DNA from: Lentisphaeria bacterium UBA2565
GTDB lineage: Bacteria; Verrucomicrobiota; Lentisphaeria; UBA2565
Length of the DNA: 47,796 bases
Reading direction: 5' to 3'
NCBI GenBank assembly: GCA_002340265.1
Contig: DDLT01000235.1
Coordinates: forward strand, 1 to 47,796
Of this stretch, positions 8,778 through 15,276 are shown in pieces. The notes beneath the pieces are model-generated. The model did no database searches. It saw only the letters and a list, made by a program, of their open reading frames with translations, and was not told where the DNA came from. Numbering within the stretch: position 1 is the first letter of the stretch; each line of letters opens with the position of its first letter. Both the position numbers and the translations under genes were made by a program.

Positions 8778-8796
8778 AGCGGCGATTCTCGCCGCT
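8778..8796 (-). terminator. intrinsic terminator for the 8844-9473 gene
   Basis: agcggcga-ttc-tcgccgct forms an 8-bp GC-rich stem. On the minus strand it is followed by tttttagtttt. Confidence 0.6.
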
Positions 8797-8843
8797 TTCT
8801 GATTGTTCATGCAATAGCGATGACTCTCACTGTGCACCGAAAG

Positions 8844-9473
8844 TTATTTTGTTTCAATAACCCAAAACATTAATTTAACTTTTAAACCGAAAGCTTCTCC
8901 TGCATCAATTACACCAGGTGTTATAGATTCCTTTTCGAAATGTTCCTCTAATTCCCCACTAATGTCATTTATAACTTCTTCTATATTATTGCCCGCTGTA
9001 CGATTAGCAATTGAAGGATATTTGATCTGTGGTGGATACGGCGATTCTACTTCATCTTCTATATGGGTTGCTAATAAAATGTTATAGTTAGCAATTTCAT
9101 TGCCAATAATTTCCATACTACTTGAATCAACTTTAAGAGCATCTATATACTGATTTGTTCCTTTCTCTAAATTAAAATCTCCTGTGTACATTGCTTTTAG
9201 TTCGATTAAGGCTTTTGGATTAGTATTGTCTATCCAAGAGTAAGCCTTGGTATTTCCCTTAAGATCTTTACTTTTATCTTCAAGTAAAGCTATATCTACA
9301 CGCTTCCATTCGCGTGCCACAATTTCCTTGCAGCTTGGATTTGAGTGCAACTTATATGCCAATTTGTCACGAACTGGCATTTCCACCTTTGAAGTTAAAG
9401 CCAAGTAGGCTAATTCATTTTGGAGAAAGTCACTTCCTATAGCATTCAACGCATCAATTATTAATTTCATCAT
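8844..9473 (-). CDS. hypothetical protein, possible PD-(D/E)xK nuclease fold
   Basis: The ORF track starts at 9533, but GGGAGG plus a 6-nt spacer precedes the ATG at 9473 (MMKLIIDAL...). The pattern RVDIALLED ... ALIELKAMY (D ... ExK on predicted strands) fits a restriction-endonuclease-like core. The function call is tentative. Confidence 0.6.
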   Translation of the reverse strand: MMKLIIDALNAIGSDFLQNELAYLALTSKVEMPVRDKLAYKLHSNPSCKEIVAREWKRVDIALLEDKSKDLKGNTKAYSWIDNTNPKALIELKAMYTGDFNLEKGTNQYIDALKVDSSSMEIIGNEIANYNILLATHIEDEVESPYPPQIKYPSIANRTAGNNIEEVINDISGELEEHFEKESITPGVIDAGEAFGLKVKLMFWVIETK

Positions 9474-9578
9474 TGTCTTCCTCCCTAGTTTTGTCGTTTC
9501 GATTCTTTTTATTTTATGATTAATCTTTCTCAAAGATGATTATGGAACAAGTTCATGGCAAATTTATGGTATATCTTT

Positions 9579-11858
9579 TTACTTTTCTACCGATTTAAAA
9601 ATGAGCATGGTTGAAACATCATTCTTTAAATCTAAGGTGAAACCAGTGTTGGATCCATTTTTTAGTTCTAGTTCCCAAACAAAAAATTTGAACCCGCTAC
9701 GCTCGCGGGAGAATAAAAGATTTGTTTTGGTGAACCCAAGTTTTATTGCTCGCTCTTCTACATTCTTCCGACGCTTGTTTTCACCTATCGCCATATAAAT
9801 CACACCAGGCTTGATAACTGAAATTTTAAGTTCTGTTGGTGATTTTTTTAGATTCCAAGATTGCGGAGTAAAAGTTAACCCATCTAGCTCTTTAGGGATG
9901 TGGGATAATTTTGCTGCTGCATCATCCATAAGAGAGGAGACACCATTTTTAAGAATATCTGTTACTAATGTTTTATCTTTATCTTTGACCTTAACCTCTG
10001 CAAACTTAATTGTTTGCTTGAAGATAATCAGCATGTTAGAACTAATTTCAAGGTCGAAACGGTCTTTTACATTTGCTTGATATATGTTAAATAAGACGCT
10101 ACTACTTTTCCCGCCCTGTCGATTACAAGTTAAGTCGCTAAGAGTAAATCCGCGTTTTGTTAACGTTTTTAAATAGCTGTTTGTATCCCATTCAGGCATC
10201 GCTATATACATAACCCCCGGCTTTGACACTCGCGCTTTTATGGATATCTTTGATCCATTCATTACACCTTTCGTAAAACTCATTCCTTCTAACTGTGTTG
10301 GAATATTAAATAGTGTGTAACCTCTATTTGTAAGAGCCCTTTCTCCATTTTTAAATGTGCCTAGATTAATTGAACCACTGGACTGTAAATCTATAGATGC
10401 TGGTTCTGTGTCCTTGAATTGTTCATCTTTTTCTTTGATGCTATTCTCTTCTTTCTCTCTAAGCTTAAGAGTTTCTTCGCTAGTTTTACTCTCTTTGTTT
10501 TGTAAAATAACTCTAAAGCTAAACTTAGAACCATAGCCATGATCTCGTGTTGTATGCCAACCTTTCCTAGGGGTGGAGCCGCAGTTTGAAGGGGTGGAGC
10601 CGGGAAAACCTTTCACCATTACTTTTACCCTAGTTTTAATAATTTGCCCTGATGCATTTTTTACAAACTCTTTGCCAATAGGGTTTATCTTACTGACTTC
10701 ATTAAAGTCATAAGCAAAGTCACGACATAGTTCCCCAGCGTTTTCTAAGATTTCGTAAATTCCCCACGGGTTTGGTGGGTATGATTTTACTGGTTGTGTT
10801 GGACCAGTTACACCTCGTACTTTACCCTCTCTACCAGCTCGTGCCATATATTCCCATTGTGCGGCAGTCGGTAAGGTCACTTCCATTGATGAATCTATTT
10901 TATTTCTTTCAATTAACTGTTCTGTTAATTTCTTACAAAAGTCCATAGCATTGTGCCAACTGGGGCCAATGACAGGTCGCAAGTCCCCTTTTTCTTTTGA
11001 AGGGTTTTTCTGCATAATAGTTTCATACTGTTTTTGTGTGACCTCAGTTTCTCCAACCCAGAAATCATCGGTTAGTGTGACTTTATGAAGAGGTATAGAA
11101 GTGCCAACACCCCCGCGCATGAACGATCCCGGTTTGATATGAATCAGCTTCAGCTCCACATCATCGGCCAATTTGAGCGTTTTATAAATGATTTCTCTAT
11201 CTGTTGTAGAGGGCTGTTTCCCATCTTCTGAGATTGCCACACTATTCGAGCTTGCTAACGATTCTGTATTTATCATAGAGAACTCACCGATTTTGTCGAA
11301 ATTGTTTTCATCGGTTAAATAGTTTTTTAATTCCAATGCCTCTTTAATTTTCCCTTTTTGGGTAAGTTCGGTTTTTTTCTTATTTACTGCTTTAATGAAA
11401 TCCTCTTTTACTTTATCAAAAGTTGAACCATTCTTTTTATTCAAGGCTTTGATATTCTCTTTGAATTTTGTTTGGATTTTCAGGAACGTATTGTTTTTGC
11501 TGGTGCTACCAATTGGCTTCTGGGTGTCGTAGATTCCATTGACCAATTCTCGTGCGTTGGATATCACTTGCTTGACCTCCATCATTGTCTCAAGATCACC
11601 GGCTTTTTGGGCAGACTGGTAAACCTTTTTCAATGCTGAAACATACGACTTTATATGCCTCTTTAGTTCTAGCTCATACTTGCCTTGAAGTGAATTCGTA
11701 ATACCTTCAAACTTACTTTCCATTTTAACTAGTTCACTATTTAGCTCGTCTGCACTTGCATAATGGCAAACCACTGTCAGTAAAAATAGCAGAGTGTAAG
11801 CAACTTTCACCACACTATCTAATGCGAACTTATGGACGAAATTTATCAAAATTTTCAT
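9579..11858 (-). CDS. exported multidomain protein: coiled-coil + FGE-sulfatase (SUMF1/DUF323) fold + two C-terminal repeat domains
   Basis: 759 aa with a hydrophobic N-terminus. FGE-fold blocks: FWVGETEVTQKQYE, GPSWHNAMDFCKKLT, LPTAAQWEYMARAG, NPWGIYEILENAGELC, FSFRVIL. No CxxxxC catalytic pair in the C-terminal part of the domain. Confidence 0.85.
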   Translation of the reverse strand: MKILINFVHKFALDSVVKVAYTLLFLLTVVCHYASADELNSELVKMESKFEGITNSLQGKYELELKRHIKSYVSALKKVYQSAQKAGDLETMMEVKQVISNARELVNGIYDTQKPIGSTSKNNTFLKIQTKFKENIKALNKKNGSTFDKVKEDFIKAVNKKKTELTQKGKIKEALELKNYLTDENNFDKIGEFSMINTESLASSNSVAISEDGKQPSTTDREIIYKTLKLADDVELKLIHIKPGSFMRGGVGTSIPLHKVTLTDDFWVGETEVTQKQYETIMQKNPSKEKGDLRPVIGPSWHNAMDFCKKLTEQLIERNKIDSSMEVTLPTAAQWEYMARAGREGKVRGVTGPTQPVKSYPPNPWGIYEILENAGELCRDFAYDFNEVSKINPIGKEFVKNASGQIIKTRVKVMVKGFPGSTPSNCGSTPRKGWHTTRDHGYGSKFSFRVILQNKESKTSEETLKLREKEENSIKEKDEQFKDTEPASIDLQSSGSINLGTFKNGERALTNRGYTLFNIPTQLEGMSFTKGVMNGSKISIKARVSKPGVMYIAMPEWDTNSYLKTLTKRGFTLSDLTCNRQGGKSSSVLFNIYQANVKDRFDLEISSNMLIIFKQTIKFAEVKVKDKDKTLVTDILKNGVSSLMDDAAAKLSHIPKELDGLTFTPQSWNLKKSPTELKISVIKPGVIYMAIGENKRRKNVEERAIKLGFTKTNLLFSRERSGFKFFVWELELKNGSNTGFTLDLKNDVSTMLIFKSVEK

Positions 11859-12370
11859 GGTATGCCTCGTTATCTTTTGTTTTATGGAAGCTCCAAAGTA
11901 AAAAAGGGCAAATTTTTCATGTTAATTTACGAACTAAACTACCACATTCCATGAAGAGGCAACTTGGAGAGTATGTCCAAAGCACACCTGTATTATGCCG
12001 TGCATCTCTTGTATAAAAGTGGAAGTTTTGTCGTAGGAAATGAGCACTCAAAATGAGTAATAAATTGTAATTGACCTATTTTTTACGTTAAATGTTTATT
12101 AATCAGATAAACATAAACCTTTGTGGTTTGGCTAAATAGAACATGTTAAAAAGGTAACCATAATTGCTAAAATATCTTGCTGTAAACTCAAAGTTTCTGC
12201 AATTATATGTATTTATAAGTCGCAAGTATAAGACAGTATACTGTGTTCCTTGAGGTATAAGTCTCCTCTGTTAAGCTGTGTTGGTAGTGTAGGATGCAAC
12301 TACCTTTGAGCAACAATTTAACAATCGTTCAACTATACTGTTAATATAAACTTTTGATAGTCTGTTTGAA

Positions 12371-12517
12371 GTTGAGGGAAGTCTGAATGGAGTTGAGGGA
12401 AGTCTGACGGGAATTGAGGGAAGTCTGACGGGAATTGAGGGAAGTCTGACGGGAATTGAGGGAAGTCTGACGGGAGTTGAGGGAAGTGTGAATGGAGTTG
12501 AGGAAAGTCTGAATGAA
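12371..12517 (+). repeat. 7 x 21-bp perfect-phase tandem repeat (iteron-like / operator array)
   Basis: Units begin at 12371, 12392, 12413, 12434, 12455, 12476 and 12497. Consensus is RTTGAGGGAAGTCTGAMKGGA. The three central units are identical (ATTGAGGGAAGTCTGACGGGA) and the outer units diverge. Confidence 0.95.
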
Positions 12518-12714
12518 TGTGAGAAATGATATTTTTACCTTTCTTAATACTCACGTCACTAAAATAGATCAAGATTGGGCAATTTAGGAAATATGTCTGG
12601 CAAAAATTTCTTGACGCGTTAGAATACGTTAGCCGAAAAGTTTGAAGATAGCATGCTTTAAACTGGTCGGGGTATTCAACAAAAAAGTAAAAAAACAAAG
12701 AAAGGGTCAAACTT

Positions 12715-13371
12715 ATGGCAACAATTAGAAAAGGGGAGGCTGAAACTCTCGAACGGGCACGTGTCGCTTTAAACAATGCAACGCAACAACCAGAAATTGC
12801 CGCTGCGTTGGATAAAGAGGGGTATACTGCTGAAGTCATTGCCGAAGGAATTGCAGTATTGCAAGAAACTTTAACTACTTATAACCAAAATAGAGTAGAG
12901 CATGATGAAAAGTCTGCGGCTTATGCGTTGTTTACTGCTAAAAAAGAGTCAGTGATTAAAGCTTATCGAAAAGATAGAAAGAAGGCAAAGGTGGTTTTTC
13001 ACCATGATCATGTTGCAGGAGATAAGTTGGGGATTTTAAAATCTGTACCAGGTTCTTTTGTTGGTTGGCTTGAGCAGGTGAAGAGGTTTTATACATCAGC
13101 TTTGGCAGATGCAGATATACAAACTGCTCTTGGTAGACTGAAAATTACAAGTGATACCCTCACCGCAACAAACACTCTTATTGCTGAATTGGAGGATGCA
13201 CGTGCGGCATATCTTCGTGAGCGAGGAGAATCGCAGGATGCTGTAAAGGTGAAAGATGCGGCATTCCAGAGACTTGATGAGTGGATGAGTGATTTTTATG
13301 TGGTGGCTCGAATTGCCTTGGAGGATCATCCTCAACTATTGGAAGCGTTAGACAAGAGTGTGAAGAGTTAG
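12715..13371 (+). CDS. hypothetical all-helical protein
   Basis: 218 aa with no family recognised. It is followed by a clear terminator. The start sits about 200 bp downstream of the repeat array. Confidence 0.7.
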   Translation: MATIRKGEAETLERARVALNNATQQPEIAAALDKEGYTAEVIAEGIAVLQETLTTYNQNRVEHDEKSAAYALFTAKKESVIKAYRKDRKKAKVVFHHDHVAGDKLGILKSVPGSFVGWLEQVKRFYTSALADADIQTALGRLKITSDTLTATNTLIAELEDARAAYLRERGESQDAVKVKDAAFQRLDEWMSDFYVVARIALEDHPQLLEALDKSVKS

Positions 13372-13387
13372 CAAGGTTAACTTTTGA

Positions 13388-13416
13388 AGCCGGGAATTTA
13401 GTTCTCGGCTTTTTTA
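13388..13416 (+). terminator. rho-independent terminator
   Basis: agccgggaa-tttag-ttctcggct stem followed by tttttatt. Confidence 0.7.
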
Positions 13417-13511
13417 TTGGTTGTAAAAGGTGAAAAAATCTTTAGTTTGAATGTGGGTGAATGTTTTCTATGAATTACATTTGAACAAATCTGTTTAACT
13501 GACGCAAACTG

Positions 13512-14357
13512 ATGATAAAAGTGAGAAAAATAATGAGGAATAAGATGTGGTGGTTTTTGTTTCGTGTGGTTGTGCTGTTTTGTATTCTTTTGCCGATTGC
13601 AACGGTTTTTGCTCAGAAGAGTATGGTGTTTATTCCTTCTAAAAAGATGGGTTATACGCCGAAGATTATCGGGATTGATTTTAAAGAGTTGACGATTGGA
13701 ACTAATAAGTTGAACTGCTGGTGGATTCCTGCTAAAGCGGAAAAGGTTAAGGAAAATGTCAAAACGGTGATTTTTTGTCATGGAAACGCGGGGAATATCT
13801 CGAATCGTCTCGATACTGTCAATTTTTACCATAATGTGATGGACTGTAATTTGATGATTTTTGATTATAGCGGCTACGGCAAGTCGGGTGGAAAGGTCGG
13901 AGAGGAGGCTTGTTACAAGGACTCTCAGGAGGTGTATGACTACGTGGTTAAGAGTTTGAACATTGATCCGAAGAATATTCTCATTCATGGACGTTCGCTG
14001 GGCGGTGCGGTTGCGGTGGATTTGGTGGTCAACAAGAAGTGTGCGGGGCTGGTGATGGAGTCGACTTTTACATCGGTGCCGGATATGGCGGATGATATGG
14101 TGCCGATTTTTCCAATTCAGTGGTTTGTGAGTATTGATTTTGATAGCCTTGATAAGGTTGATAAGTTGAAAGTCCCAGTTTTGCTGATTCATAGCAAGGG
14201 GGATGAGGTGATTCCGTATAAAATGGGTGAGGCTCTTTTTAAGAAGGCGAAGAAGCCTAAGTTCTGGCTGGAAATTTCAGGAGATCACAACAGCGGGTGG
14301 ATTGAATCACAAAAAGTTTATAGTAAGGGAATGAAAGATTTTTTTGAGGCTTTATAG
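13512..14357 (+). CDS. alpha/beta hydrolase (BEM46/ABHD13-like), N-terminal membrane anchor
   Basis: FCHGNAGNI oxyanion region, nucleophile elbow HGRSLGG, late D and H (HSKGDEVIP, SGDHN). Several in-frame Met starts lie between 13512 and 13545. Confidence 0.85.
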   Translation: MIKVRKIMRNKMWWFLFRVVVLFCILLPIATVFAQKSMVFIPSKKMGYTPKIIGIDFKELTIGTNKLNCWWIPAKAEKVKENVKTVIFCHGNAGNISNRLDTVNFYHNVMDCNLMIFDYSGYGKSGGKVGEEACYKDSQEVYDYVVKSLNIDPKNILIHGRSLGGAVAVDLVVNKKCAGLVMESTFTSVPDMADDMVPIFPIQWFVSIDFDSLDKVDKLKVPVLLIHSKGDEVIPYKMGEALFKKAKKPKFWLEISGDHNSGWIESQKVYSKGMKDFFEAL

Positions 14358-14476
14358 TACCGCGCATATCAGCAAGCTCACACAGTCTTTTTTTAGAAAA
14401 AATAGGCTGTTTTTGTATATTTTATTGAAGCGCAGATTGCTGGTTACTTTCTTTAGAATAAACACAGGAGTAAACT

Positions 14477-15187
14477 GTGATAAAAATTTCTGATTGGTAT
14501 AAAGATTTTGCGGATGTGACTTTCCCGACTGTTTTTGTACGTTTGACTGACGCTGAGAAAGAGGCGTTGGTGAATAATAGCGAAGGTGAGGCGAAAGATC
14601 GTTTGTGGAATCGTCTGACTAACGCGCTTAATTCGATTCACGGTGGTGCGGTGATTAATGCGGATTGTTGTGCGCCGACTGATAGTAAGGCGTTTTGCCG
14701 TCGTCGAATCGTTCATACTCCAATCTCTTCCTGGAAGCAGTTGACTACGAGTGAAAAGGTGATTTCAGCGTTGAAGAGCGGTGAAACGGATACGTTGGCT
14801 TTAAGACCTTACCGCAGAATGGATCGTTCGCGTGAGTTCCGTCTTTTTGTGAAAAATGGCGAGTTGATTGCGGCTTCTCAGTATGATTTGAAGAAGAACT
14901 ACCCGCGTCTTGCGAAAAGACAGGATGAAATCTGGAGTGCGCTTAATGCGTTTTTTGCGGATTCTGTTAAACCGTTTTTAAGTTTTACTGATGTGGTTAT
15001 CGATGTGTATATGTGCGGTAACGGTCAGTTTCTTTTAGTAGATTTCAACGATTGGGGAGGCGAAACGGCGCCGTTGCTTTTGAGAAGTTGGGATCAGAAT
15101 ATTGAAGAGTTTTTGCAGAGTCGCCACCCGTTGATGCTTTTGGCAGCTCCTGTGAAAATGAGTGGAGACGTTTCGGTCTCTTTTTAG
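14477..15187 (+). CDS. Cdc123/D123-family ATP-grasp-like protein
   Basis: GTG start with AGGAG 5 nt upstream. The blocks VFVRL, CCAPTDSKAF, LRPYRRMDRSREFRLFVKNGELIAASQYD and VVIDVYMCGNGQFLLVDFNDWG...LLLRSW follow the order and spacing of the eukaryotic D123 family. Confidence 0.65.
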   Translation: MIKISDWYKDFADVTFPTVFVRLTDAEKEALVNNSEGEAKDRLWNRLTNALNSIHGGAVINADCCAPTDSKAFCRRRIVHTPISSWKQLTTSEKVISALKSGETDTLALRPYRRMDRSREFRLFVKNGELIAASQYDLKKNYPRLAKRQDEIWSALNAFFADSVKPFLSFTDVVIDVYMCGNGQFLLVDFNDWGGETAPLLLRSWDQNIEEFLQSRHPLMLLAAPVKMSGDVSVSF

Positions 15188-15276
15188 TTGGTTTGTTGGT
15201 TAGGTAGATAGTTGTTTAGCTTTTTGCTATTGAACCTAAAACTGACTGTTTTTTATGAATTAGTTCTTAATATAAT

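Noticed and set aside
8562-8796. Possible CRISPR array (repeated hairpin cores about 30 nt long)
   Set aside because: Spacing is irregular (63, 100 and about 50 bp). The repeats diverge considerably and one spacer is itself part of a longer repeat found at 5361-5411. No cas genes or leader are present. It fits REP-like or terminator-like hairpin repeats better.
9579-11858. Assigning this gene as the formylglycine-generating enzyme that matures the sulfatases in the window
   Set aside because: The fold signature is present, but the CxxxxC catalytic pair expected near the domain's C-terminus is absent (a single Cys in SNCGS). The protein has extra coiled-coil and repeat domains and sits in an unrelated island 23 kb from the sulfatases.
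11756-12016. 86-aa plus-strand ORF
   Set aside because: It begins antisense inside the 759-aa gene and continues into the non-coding region. It has no SD and no motif.
12371-12517. Transposon-end (Tn7/Mu-like) multi-site transposase-binding array
   Set aside because: The only other copy (7137-7153) is in direct, not inverted, orientation. No transposase or integrase gene lies in between or nearby.
12333-12839. 168-aa minus-strand ORF translating the 21-bp array as (SDFPQFP)n
   Set aside because: A 21-bp repeat keeps any stop-free frame open automatically. The ORF starts inside the opposite-strand 12715-13371 gene, has no SD, and its non-repeat part is low-complexity. The plus-strand frame is also open across the array but has no start codon. 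It is treated as non-coding DNA repeats.
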